Assembly (NCBI GenBank): GCA_965116875.1
Contig: OZ220733.1
Coordinates: 3,424,001-3,488,000, forward strand
Length of the DNA: 64,000 nt
From: Candidatus Latescibacterota bacterium
Lineage (GTDB): Bacteria > Latescibacterota > UBA2968 > GCA-2709665
Reading direction: 5' to 3'
Shown: positions 1-9,034 of the stretch, in pieces
Numbering within the stretch: position 1 is the first letter of the stretch
How the letters are laid out: every line of letters begins with the position of its first letter
The notes under the pieces: generated by a model
What the model was told of the DNA's origin: nothing
What the model saw: only the letters and a program-made list of their open reading frames with translations
Database searches by the model: none
Position numbers and translations under genes: made by a program

Positions 1-14
1 GGACCTTTCGATAT

Positions 15-196
15 CCAGGAGCGAGGGCATCCTGCCCTCGGTAGCCGTCTCGCGACAGCGTTGCGCTGCCGACAGGTGGGCGACCACAAGGGTCGCCCCT
101 ACAAATGGAACATGGTCACATGGAACATAGGCGCAAGATCTGGTGATGGCAGCGCTGTTTTCTCGATTCTCCAGGAGCGAGGGCTTCCTGCCCTCG
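15..196 (+). repeat. GGAG-type REP-like palindromes (GGAGCGAGGGCATCCTGCCCTCG), two direct copies at ~15-40 and ~171-196
   Basis: Near-identical hairpin CGAGGGCA-tcc-TGCCCTCG preceded by GGAG; the same unit recurs at 20613-20636 and inverted at 20740-20763. Confidence 0.75.
78..102 (-). repeat. GTAG-type REP palindrome
   Basis: GGGCGACC-acaag-GGTCGCCC followed by CTAC (GTAG on minus strand); relatives at 41282-41306, 56883-56907 and 56931-56955. Confidence 0.75.
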
Positions 197-275
197 ATAG
201 GCGCCTCGCGACGACGTTCTGTCTTAAAACCGCAGAAAGACATGCGGAAATGAGCGCGCGACCCCGTTTGATGGT

Positions 276-416
276 CCAATCACTCCCCCCTTGAGGGGGA
301 GTCGCAGAAGCCGAGCCGTCCCCTGAGCTTGCGGTCCCTGAGCACTTGCCCTGAGCCTGTCGAAGGGTGTCGAAGGGTCGAAGGCGCTGCCCTGAGCCTG
401 TCGAAGGGGCCGGCGA
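276..416 (+). repeat. Composite intergenic repeat/MITE-like element with CCCTGAGCCTGTCGAAGGG units
   Basis: Tandem CCCTGAGC(C)TGTCGAAGGG units plus a CTCCCCCCTTGAGGGGGAG hairpin; a reverse-complement relative lies at ~32011-32104. Confidence 0.75.
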
Positions 417-559
417 CGGCTGATGCAGTGGGGGATTTCAACACCATTCGGTATGCAAGCAGCAAATTCAAACATGAACGCATCTTGCGTTGACGTCATA
501 GTTGTAGTGTCTAAGGTCATTTATCTCGATGAGTCCGGATTCCGCTCCACTCATGGTTT

Positions 560-900
560 ATTCGTCCTGCCATCGTCGAGAATCCCACCTCGTTAATCCA
601 TATCCACCGCTTGAACCTTCCCGGCACTCCTCTCGCGAAACATCCTGACAGCGACCGCTCGACTTAGTACACCCCTCCTCATCTGTACACCATCCCCCAC
701 ACGTTCATGTCGCGGAAACGGACGGCGAAGCACCACTCCGAAGACCATAACGACGGCTTCAACCGCTCGTTTGACCGTACTGTCAAAGCCGTCAGGCAGG
801 CGAAGGATCTCCTTCGGCATGGGATGAACCTGAGTGTTCGTCATCTACCCCGCCCGCCCTTCCTTTTGAAGCATACGAGGCAGGCGGAACAGCCGCTTCC
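560..900 (-). pseudogene. Possible highly degenerate transposase C-terminal remnant (IS1182/IS4-like)
   Basis: Minus frame reads GCSACLVCFKRKGGRGR*RTLRF...MVYR*GGVY*VERS..., loosely resembling the CxxC and YxxRxxVE motifs of DDE transposases; several stops. Confidence 0.25.
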
Positions 901-1090
901 TCCCGCCGTTCTGACACCCCGATGCTTCCCTTATCAGGCGAAAATCGGTATCTGATTAAAAAAAACACCGGATTTCATCAGAAAACCCGCAAATTCACCA
1001 CATTTATCAGTAACAACCCAACGAAATTTTATTATACTGTCACGCGCTCTGACGCAATTTGCGACACTGTTGTTGACTTCAATTCAATAA

Positions 1091-1291
1091 AGCCAAGCGG
1101 ACGTCCACGTAAAGATCGCCGTGTACTTCGCCGCCGGAACCCGACTGGTCTGGCTTGTGAAACCCGAGACCCGCATGGTACACGTCTACCGGTCACCACA
1201 GCAGGTCGAAGTTCTGGGACCGTAGGACGACCTCGAAGGCGGTGACGTGCTCCCCGGGTTCCGATGCCCCGTTCGGGGGCTCTTTCTTTAG
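1091..1291 (+). pseudogene. 3' remnant of a Uma2 (DUF820) family endonuclease gene
   Basis: Translates as KIAVYFAAGTRLVWLVKPETRMVHVYRSPQQVEVLGP*DDLEGGDVLPGFRCPVRGLFL*, the typical Uma2 C-terminus; no 5' half, in-frame TAG at 1223-1225; not in the ORF track. Confidence 0.8.
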
Positions 1292-1305
1292 GATCGTTCA
1301 TCACT

Positions 1306-3012
1306 ATGAGTCTCGAATTCGCGCTCACAGAGAATTTCGTCACGGTCTACTGTGTAGGTATTGTAGCGATCACTTCTATCTTGGCAATAAAGATGGCACG
1401 GAACGCGGTTCCCCTGTATGGTAGGCTTCGTAGCGCGAAGAAGGAATTGACAGACGTTAATGGATCAAAGGATTTCGTCGACGCGTTTGAAGAATACAAT
1501 ACCCATGTCGAGAAGGAACTGGGTCTTCCGTGGACGGAATTTGTAGAGACGCTGCTTCTTCCTGAACCTGAGTCTGGTGATCCCATCCGCAACACCGGTG
1601 ACGTGTCGCGGTACCTGAACGACGCCACCATTATATTTCCCAACATATCAACTGGTTTCTACCAAGCGGTCCCGAATCTGCTGACCGGCGTGGGCATCCT
1701 CGGTACGTTTCTCGGTCTGGCCGCCGGTGTCGGTGCAGCAAGCTCCGGTCTGGCCTCGAGCGATCCGGGAGAGATCACTACCGCCTTACATCGACTTCTG
1801 GGCGGGGCATCGCTGGCGTTCTGGACGTCTATTGTGGGAATAGTCTGTTCTATTCTTTTTGTGGTCGGCGAGCGGTCTGTCACTCGGAGACTACATATCG
1901 CGCTAGTCGATTGGGTTGGAGCCCTTGAGTCACGCTTGGAGCGGGTAACGCCAGAGGGCGTCGCGCTACAACAGCTTGAACAGGCAAGGCGTACGACGAC
2001 ACAACTCGAACGATTTAACACCGAATTGATTTTCTCTCTTGAGAAAGCGCTCGATGAGAAGATTGCGGGTCGGCTGTCGCCGCAGCTTGAGCAACTGTTA
2101 GAAGCGGTCGAGCAACTCCGCGCGGACCGGTCGACTGACAGCGGCCGGATGATCAACGATGCGCTCGACAGGTTCGCGGCCGCAATGCAAGATCGGGCGG
2201 GATCGCAGTTCGATGAGATGGCGTCGATAGTCGCCGACTTGAACCGCACACTGCAGGAGTCGGTTGCCGGACTGGCGCAGTCACAACAGGATGCCCGTAC
2301 GGCGGTCGATTCGGTCCTCACTGCGGTCACGACGTCTATGGATGAAGGTGCGAGCGCCATGAATAGGACGTTGAATGAGTCGCTGGTTGAAATCACAAGC
2401 GCCGTCGCGGCCGCATCTGAAGAAATGGTAGAACGAATGAAAACATCCAGCGCGACGGCTGCAGCTGAAATGTCGAAAACCGTTGGGTCCGTAACTGACA
2501 ACCTGCAGTCCGCGGCGGAGAGTCTCGATCAGTCCACGCGACAGAGTGAACAGGTCTTGAGTGGCATGACGTCGTTCGTCGAGAAGCTCAATGAGTTGCG
2601 CGGTACCATAGAATCGACACATCGCCATATTGGGTCTGCGACGGAACCTGTCGTAAGCGCCGCCCGCGAGATCCGCGAAGCGAGCGACAGAACCGCCGAA
2701 ACGCTGTCGACGACGAGCGACCTGGTGGGCCGCGTCGACGAAGTCGTGAATGCGCTTGAGCAGCACCAGCAGTCGATAGCAGACGCGTGGACGCGATACC
2801 AGGAGCGATTCGAAGACATCGACGGGTCACTTGTAGCGGTCTTCCGACAGATCGACGAAGGGCTGTCGGGGTATTGCCAGCAAGTAAGTGAGTTCGCCAA
2901 CGAACTTGATAAGACGACTTCGGGGACCATTAGAAACCTGGCTGGAGCAACCGCGGAACTCAACGAGTCCATTGAGGATTTGATCACGCGTCTACCTGGA
3001 TCGTCGCGATGA
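1306..3012 (+). CDS. zorA: Zorya anti-phage protein ZorA (MotA/ExbB-like TM region plus long amphipathic helical tail)
   Basis: N-terminal TM helix, PNLLTGVGILGTFLGL and AFWTSIVG motifs, long helical tail; start set at ATG 1306 because 1264 lies inside the Uma2 remnant. Confidence 0.9.
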   Translation: MSLEFALTENFVTVYCVGIVAITSILAIKMARNAVPLYGRLRSAKKELTDVNGSKDFVDAFEEYNTHVEKELGLPWTEFVETLLLPEPESGDPIRNTGDVSRYLNDATIIFPNISTGFYQAVPNLLTGVGILGTFLGLAAGVGAASSGLASSDPGEITTALHRLLGGASLAFWTSIVGIVCSILFVVGERSVTRRLHIALVDWVGALESRLERVTPEGVALQQLEQARRTTTQLERFNTELIFSLEKALDEKIAGRLSPQLEQLLEAVEQLRADRSTDSGRMINDALDRFAAAMQDRAGSQFDEMASIVADLNRTLQESVAGLAQSQQDARTAVDSVLTAVTTSMDEGASAMNRTLNESLVEITSAVAAASEEMVERMKTSSATAAAEMSKTVGSVTDNLQSAAESLDQSTRQSEQVLSGMTSFVEKLNELRGTIESTHRHIGSATEPVVSAAREIREASDRTAETLSTTSDLVGRVDEVVNALEQHQQSIADAWTRYQERFEDIDGSLVAVFRQIDEGLSGYCQQVSEFANELDKTTSGTIRNLAGATAELNESIEDLITRLPGSSR

Positions 3013-3890
3013 CGGGCGGCGACAAACAGATTCCGGACGCGGGTTCCGAAGGACAGAACTACCTCGCCACCGTAAGCGACCTCGTGTCGGCGCTCATATT
3101 TGTTTTCATCATCATGCTGGCTGTATTCGCGTACCAACTCGCAAACGTAATCGAGGATCAGGCCAAAGTCACGGATGAATTGACCGCTTCGGACGAAACG
3201 CGCGACCGCATGCTCCGAGACATCAAGAGTAGGCTCGAAAGATCCGGAATGCGGGTGGAAGTACTCGCTGATCAGGGTGTCTTGCGCTTGTCGGACAATG
3301 CAATCAATTTTCCGTCGGGCAGTGAGATTCCCGTTCCCAAACACCATATGAACGTCGGACGCCTCGCGCAAGCCATCGCCGAGGTGGTACCTTGCTATGT
3401 CTCTACCCCGAAGGCGGCCTCGGCAGCCCGCGACGATGACGACGTCGTGGTCGTGAAGTACGGCGATGACTCACCCACGTACTGCCAACCACGGGCCGAT
3501 CCCGCCAAATACCCATGTAGGGAGCAGGAATTTCGCTGGCTTCTGGAGACATTACTGATCGAGGGCCACACCGACGATGTACCGGTAGCTTCCGGCAATC
3601 GCTTCAAGGACAATCTTGAGTTGGCGTCGATGCGCGCAGCGACTGTCCATCGCATGATCGTCGCGTGCGAACCCGGATTGGAGGGTCTTCTGAACACCAA
3701 CGAATATCCCATTTTGAGCACAAGCGGGTATGGCTACACAAGGCCTGTGACCCGAGACCCGGAGCGGGCTGACGATAACCGGCGCATTGACCTGAGATTC
3801 CTGCTTGAGCCTCCCGCCGGGGCGCTGCACCAGAAGGCGCCGGAGGTCCAGACCGACGTCCACGAAAGGTATGATGAGGAATCACCGTGA
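3009..3890 (+). CDS. zorB: Zorya protein ZorB (MotB/OmpA-like)
   Basis: SDLVSALIFVFII TM helix with conserved Asp; IEGHTD, NLELASMRA and NRRIDLRF peptidoglycan-binding motifs; ATGA overlap with zorA. Confidence 0.92.
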   Translation: MTGGDKQIPDAGSEGQNYLATVSDLVSALIFVFIIMLAVFAYQLANVIEDQAKVTDELTASDETRDRMLRDIKSRLERSGMRVEVLADQGVLRLSDNAINFPSGSEIPVPKHHMNVGRLAQAIAEVVPCYVSTPKAASAARDDDDVVVVKYGDDSPTYCQPRADPAKYPCREQEFRWLLETLLIEGHTDDVPVASGNRFKDNLELASMRAATVHRMIVACEPGLEGLLNTNEYPILSTSGYGYTRPVTRDPERADDNRRIDLRFLLEPPAGALHQKAPEVQTDVHERYDEESP

Positions 3891-5650
3891 ATGCGCCCTC
3901 CCTGAAGGAATCGCTGGAGCGTTGGACCCGCCCGCAAAGGCTCCCACGCCACTTCGATCCGCACAGAACGCGTAAAGCAGCCGCAGAAGCAACGAAGACA
4001 CTTGGCGATGTCCAGCCGACAAAGCCAAAGGACTACGACCTTGAGATTCTGCATCGTAGGGTCGTGGAATTATGGCGTCGCAACCGCACTCTTTCTCGAA
4101 TCGTACCCCGTGATCTACGGCGTTTGCCGTGGGTTCTCTTTTACCCGCCAAAACAGACGCGTACCCGTTGGCTGGGTGCGGAACCACGCTTTCTGGAATT
4201 GTACGGCCGCTGGCTGATCGAAGGCCGCCGGTCCCGCGCCGTGATTGCGCTGCTGCACGAGTTTCTCCGTGTATATCCTGTCGGCTTGCGGACCTTTGGC
4301 GATCTGCGAAAAGTGCTGCATAAGGCCGTCAACAGCGGGTCATCGCTGCCTCCTTCTCTGCAGAAATGGCGAAAACGGTGCGGCGATTGGGAGCTCCTCA
4401 GTATGGGTGGCGATCGGTCGTTCGTGGAGAAGCTTCTCTCGGCGTCTGATGCCGTTGACGATATCCTTTTGCGTGCGGGGTTCGATCTCGGACTCGCACG
4501 CGCCGATTTCCTGAATTCGGGCATGCGGGCCTACCTCCCGCGCGCCGAATCGTTATTGAATCAAGGCCGCCTTGAGGCCGCACAAATTGACCGATTGCTC
4601 AAGCTCCTCGAATTCGACGGAAAACTGCGATTTGACAGTATAGCCATGCGCACCGACGTCGCGACGGCGCTGCTCCGTCCCTTTGTCGATCGATCTCCCG
4701 AACCGGCCACGAAGGAATGCCTGCAGCCATTCTTCCTGAGTCACTTCCGTGATCCTCGGCTGGGAATGGGGAAGCACAGGTGGTCAGGGGTTCCGGACGA
4801 AATCCGCCGTGTCGTAATCCGATGGCTCGTAGAACGAACACTCGAACAATTCTTCCTGCTTGTCAAGGAAACGGCACTCGACAGACACTGGCGCTACCGG
4901 GAAGCTTTCTGGCGGGCCTTTCACGAACACGGTCTGATCGATGACATCTGGTTTGTACTTGGTCCACGCGCAAAGGACATTCTGCGAAAGACGAACCAGA
5001 AGAACGACGAGTCGGAAACGAGCGCGGATCTCCACGGCGCCCAGGGCGACCAATCGGTGCTTGTTTTGCGAATGCCCGGTGTGACCATCGCAGAGTGGAG
5101 CCACAACGGCTCGTGTCGAATATGGCTCGATGGAAACAACGCAGCACCAGGGTTTTACGAGTCCAAATATTCTCGATATGATCTTATTGGCGGTGCGAAT
5201 TTCAAACAGGCGCACCAGGGAAGCGACCGCGGATTCTGGCAGGATAGAATTGCACAATGGTTGCGCGAAAATACTGGTGTCGAGATCGGTCGGAACGAGT
5301 ACTTTCCCGACCAGCTGCGTGAACGGCGAAACGACAGATACTCTCACATTGCATCCTCGACCCGGAGACAACGAATTCGGCCGGCTGCAGGCAGCAGGAG
5401 TCGCCCCGATCTACAATTCAAGCGAAAAAAGACGGCCGCGACCGTTATTCGGGAGTTGCGAAAGGTTCGGGACGCTGTAATCGGCTCTCCTAAGAGTCTA
5501 TTGGATCTACGTGATTTCATTAAATCGACCTCACCAGCATGGGCCGCATACGTAGAGGACCACGGAATTCCTGGTTATGAAACACAGTGGAAAACGTTAA
5601 CCGATCACTTGGACGCGACGATCAAACGTCTGCGAGTTGTAGGCAAGTGA
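3887..5650 (+). CDS. zorC: Zorya protein ZorC (EH-signature domain) with a basic C-terminal extension
   Basis: Follows zorB with a GTGA overlap; DPR...W, R..FW, IAEWSHNGSCRIW and H..S..W EH-signature motifs. Confidence 0.85.
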   Translation: MNAPSLKESLERWTRPQRLPRHFDPHRTRKAAAEATKTLGDVQPTKPKDYDLEILHRRVVELWRRNRTLSRIVPRDLRRLPWVLFYPPKQTRTRWLGAEPRFLELYGRWLIEGRRSRAVIALLHEFLRVYPVGLRTFGDLRKVLHKAVNSGSSLPPSLQKWRKRCGDWELLSMGGDRSFVEKLLSASDAVDDILLRAGFDLGLARADFLNSGMRAYLPRAESLLNQGRLEAAQIDRLLKLLEFDGKLRFDSIAMRTDVATALLRPFVDRSPEPATKECLQPFFLSHFRDPRLGMGKHRWSGVPDEIRRVVIRWLVERTLEQFFLLVKETALDRHWRYREAFWRAFHEHGLIDDIWFVLGPRAKDILRKTNQKNDESETSADLHGAQGDQSVLVLRMPGVTIAEWSHNGSCRIWLDGNNAAPGFYESKYSRYDLIGGANFKQAHQGSDRGFWQDRIAQWLRENTGVEIGRNEYFPDQLRERRNDRYSHIASSTRRQRIRPAAGSRSRPDLQFKRKKTAATVIRELRKVRDAVIGSPKSLLDLRDFIKSTSPAWAAYVEDHGIPGYETQWKTLTDHLDATIKRLRVVGK

Positions 5651-5814
5651 GATTCTCAGTTGAGATATTAAAGGCGATCAGTGGAAGGCGAAAGCACATG
5701 ATCATACCATCTTTCCGTTAGATTAGAAGGCTGGGAAACCGGCCGGTTTTAAACAACTGAACTTGAGCGCAGACTTGGGCCTTGTATATATCCCAGGCCT
5801 GTCGAACGTATTCC

Positions 5815-8784
5815 ATGCCAAAACACTTTGTTTGCAATCCGACGTCAGACGGCCTGATCGTCGAAATGAAAGGCGATCCTCCGGTCCCGGTCAGTGAATG
5901 GACCGCACATGCGACCTGCGCCGGCGCCTTGATTCGACTGCGTGACGACGGCGGTGCAGTTGAGAACGAGAGCGGTAACGCACTGTGCGTCTCCTGGACG
6001 AGCGTCGCGGGACTGACGGAAGACGAACTGCGATTCACCGGTCTTCCCGACGCCGCGCCATTTGGGCTCGAAGTCGTCGCCAACGGCGCGATTCACGACC
6101 CCGGGTTCGATATCCGCTGCGGCTACATCAGGTATGGTCGACGCGTCCTCGGTGTTGAGCGAATCGGCGCATGGTTGCACGCAGGTGACGAAAACTTCGT
6201 TCTGCTCGATCCGTTATACTCTGTTGCCGAAGCCATTGGTCAATTCAAAGGGGAAGAAGAAAGGGATCTTGAATCGCGGATGCTCGGATGGGGACGCATC
6301 GCGGAGAAGCTGCCTGCTGATGTTGTTGTCGATGACGACAACCTCCGTTCGCTGCAAATCTACGTGGCGTCGAGTTTCGAACTCAACCCGTTCGTCAACG
6401 ACAATGGAGAGCCCGACTTCGATCCGGTAGTCGGGAGGCGCAAGACCCTCGTCACCGACGCCGGCGAGGAGGAGCAGGTGTTCGCCCGCGCATTGCCCCA
6501 GGCTCGGCAGGAGGAGTTCGCTCGTCGTTTCCGCGGCGTATCCACCGTGAAACATCGGTATGCGGCAGGCGGCGCCAGTTACGTTGTTCTGACGCCGGAA
6601 GTCGAGCGGGCACTCGGGGTGGTGCGGCGTGCTCAGGATGGAAGCACCGATGAGCGCCGCGACTTTCTGAGGAATGTCAGCGGGTACCTGCGCGAAGCGT
6701 TTGATGACGACGACAGCGACGAGATCGAACTGGACAGCGTTTTTAACGACGAGGGATTGAGCGAACGGGTAAAGGGCGTCGGCATCTGGGTCGACAAGGT
6801 GCTCCCATGGATCACGCTGGCGAAGGAGCCATGGTTGCCGCCCGAGGAATTTGGGATTCTGGTCGATGGACGGCGCTTGGTAATGCGGCCCGAAGAATTG
6901 GAAGGAATCTACGGGCAAATCAAGAATGCAATCGAGTGCGGCGAACCAGCCGCAATTGCCCGAATCGGTAACGAGTCTGTCGAAATCCCTGCTGACGAGG
7001 CCACCCTTAGTGCACTTGAGGATTTGCTTTCCCGGTTAGACCAGAAGCCGACATTAAGACCCGAAGACCACGAGGAGCAGGTCGAACCCGAAGATTCGGG
7101 TCAGGTTCTGCAGGTCATCGATAACCTGGATGATCTTCAATATCGACGCGAACGCAAACGACGCGCCACAGGTATCGCGGCAACCGCCCCCGACCTGCTG
7201 ACTCGAACCTTGCCCCACCAACAGGATGGTCTCGCGTGGCTCAAGAGTCACTGGGATGCCGGCAACTGGGGCGCCCTGCTTGCCGACGACATGGGACTTG
7301 GTAAGACGCTTGAAGCACTGGCTTTTCTCTCCTGTCTGAAAAGCTACGCGGAAACGGAGAATTTGTCACATCGACCGATACTTGTCGTCGCGCCGACCGG
7401 CTTGCTCCAGAACTGGAAGGACGAACACGACAAACATCTGTCCGGTGTCGGACTCGGTGTCGCCGTCGAAGCACACGGAAGTGCTCTGCGGCGCCTCAGA
7501 AAAGGAACGGTAACCGGACGCGCTGGTGAGCTCGCCAGCGGTCAACAGCTACTTGACCTACAGCCTTTAAGGAACGCCGAATGGGTACTCACCACTTATG
7601 AAACTCTCCGCGACTATCAACACAGCTTTGGCCGTATACGTTGGCGCGCAGGTGTCTTCGACGAGGCCCAAAAGATCAAGAACCCCGGCGCCCGCGTGAC
7701 CGATGCCGCGCTCGCCATGAATATTGATTTCTCCCTGCTGATGACCGGCACGCCCGTTGAGAATCGCCCATCGGAAATCTGGTCGATGCTTGACCGGGTC
7801 GAGCCCGGTATGTTCGGAACGCTTAAGGAGTTCAGCCAGCGGTATGAAGTTGATAGTGAAGGCGGCGCCTCGATGCTTACGGAATTGCATGAAAGGTTGA
7901 CGTCGGCATCCGACGCGCCGGCGCTAATGCTGAGGCGGCTCAAGGAGGACCACGTTCCGGAATTGCCGAAAAAAGAGGTGTATCGGCGCACCGTACTGAT
8001 GCCGCCGTTTCAGGCTGAAGCGTACGAAAGAATCGTACAGAACAGTAGCGGCGGCAACATGCTTCAGACGCTTCATCAGCTTCGAAGCGTCTCGCTCCAC
8101 CCCGCGGCTCCAGGCGAGTTCGACCTCGACGAGTTTATCCAGGCGTCGGCACGGTTGTCAGAGGCGTTCCGGATTCTGGATGAGATTGAAAACCTCGGAC
8201 AGAAAGCGCTGCTCTTCGTCGAGACGCGCTGGATGCAGGATTTCCTTGTAGGAGCACTGAGACGCCGTTATTCATTGTCCGACGACGTACTCGTCATCAA
8301 CGGTGCAGTGGCAGGCAGGATCCGCAAGACTCGCGTTGATACGTTTCAGGAACGGACAGGATTCGACGTGATGATTCTGTCGCCACGCGCCGGCGGCGTC
8401 GGTTTGACGTTGACGGCAGCAAATCACGTAATTCACCTCTCACGCTGGTGGAACCCGGCGGTCGAGGACCAGTGTACTGACAGGGTATTTCGTATCGGCC
8501 AGCGGGAGACGGTGTACGTGTACCTTCCGATCGCGCGTCATCCTGAGTTCGGAGAGTACAGTTTCGATATTCGGCTTGACAGCCTGATGGAAGGAAAGCG
8601 AGACATGAACCGTCGCGTGCTCGCGCCAACCGCGACGACGAAAGAAGACGTGAATAGTCTCTATAGAAGTACCGTGACGGACGCGCGAGGCGACATTGAT
8701 GAGAATGATGAACGGGGTCGGCTTCCCGTCGCCAGCGAAGTGTCTGGCGACAGCAAACAGCATACGGCTGGGGGACCGTCTTAA
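5815..8784 (+). CDS. zorD: Zorya protein ZorD (SNF2-family helicase/ATPase)
   Basis: LADDMGLGKT, DEAQKIKN, TGTPVEN, GGVGLTLTAANHV and WWNPAVEDQCTDRVFRIGQ motifs, long N-terminal domain, position after zorABC; no C-terminal Mrr domain. Confidence 0.88.
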   Translation: MPKHFVCNPTSDGLIVEMKGDPPVPVSEWTAHATCAGALIRLRDDGGAVENESGNALCVSWTSVAGLTEDELRFTGLPDAAPFGLEVVANGAIHDPGFDIRCGYIRYGRRVLGVERIGAWLHAGDENFVLLDPLYSVAEAIGQFKGEEERDLESRMLGWGRIAEKLPADVVVDDDNLRSLQIYVASSFELNPFVNDNGEPDFDPVVGRRKTLVTDAGEEEQVFARALPQARQEEFARRFRGVSTVKHRYAAGGASYVVLTPEVERALGVVRRAQDGSTDERRDFLRNVSGYLREAFDDDDSDEIELDSVFNDEGLSERVKGVGIWVDKVLPWITLAKEPWLPPEEFGILVDGRRLVMRPEELEGIYGQIKNAIECGEPAAIARIGNESVEIPADEATLSALEDLLSRLDQKPTLRPEDHEEQVEPEDSGQVLQVIDNLDDLQYRRERKRRATGIAATAPDLLTRTLPHQQDGLAWLKSHWDAGNWGALLADDMGLGKTLEALAFLSCLKSYAETENLSHRPILVVAPTGLLQNWKDEHDKHLSGVGLGVAVEAHGSALRRLRKGTVTGRAGELASGQQLLDLQPLRNAEWVLTTYETLRDYQHSFGRIRWRAGVFDEAQKIKNPGARVTDAALAMNIDFSLLMTGTPVENRPSEIWSMLDRVEPGMFGTLKEFSQRYEVDSEGGASMLTELHERLTSASDAPALMLRRLKEDHVPELPKKEVYRRTVLMPPFQAEAYERIVQNSSGGNMLQTLHQLRSVSLHPAAPGEFDLDEFIQASARLSEAFRILDEIENLGQKALLFVETRWMQDFLVGALRRRYSLSDDVLVINGAVAGRIRKTRVDTFQERTGFDVMILSPRAGGVGLTLTAANHVIHLSRWWNPAVEDQCTDRVFRIGQRETVYVYLPIARHPEFGEYSFDIRLDSLMEGKRDMNRRVLAPTATTKEDVNSLYRSTVTDARGDIDENDERGRLPVASEVSGDSKQHTAGGPS

Positions 8785-8795
8785 TCTGCCGCGAA

Positions 8796-8815
8796 TTCGT
8801 TCCGAAGGGAACGAA
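8796..8815 (+). terminator. Hairpin just downstream of zorD
   Basis: TTCGTTCC-gaag-GGAACGAA perfect 8-bp stem; no clear U-tract. Confidence 0.35.
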
Positions 8816-9034
8816 GCAATTGACCAGCCATGGTACGCTCAGTTCGGGTGTTTTGGGTTGTGAAATTCTCAGGTATGTGGTTGTTGTATCGAAGGGTGTT
8901 TGAATTCATAACAGAACTGGTGGATAAGAATGAAAACAAAGGATTTAACGATTCAGGCATTATTCAAGGATGGGACTGTATACGTAGCCAGGCGTTATCA
9001 ACGATCCAGAGACCCGTCATGCGGTAGGTCTTTT

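Noticed and set aside
224-520. ORFs 224-520, 280-483 and 31865-32191
   Set aside because: Translations of REP/MITE repeats (PFDRLR-type peptides), not genes
1266-1289. Terminator/attenuator hairpin ahead of zorA (GCCCC-gttcg-GGGGC then T-rich)
   Set aside because: Only a 5-bp stem, and it is explained as the coding end of the Uma2 remnant
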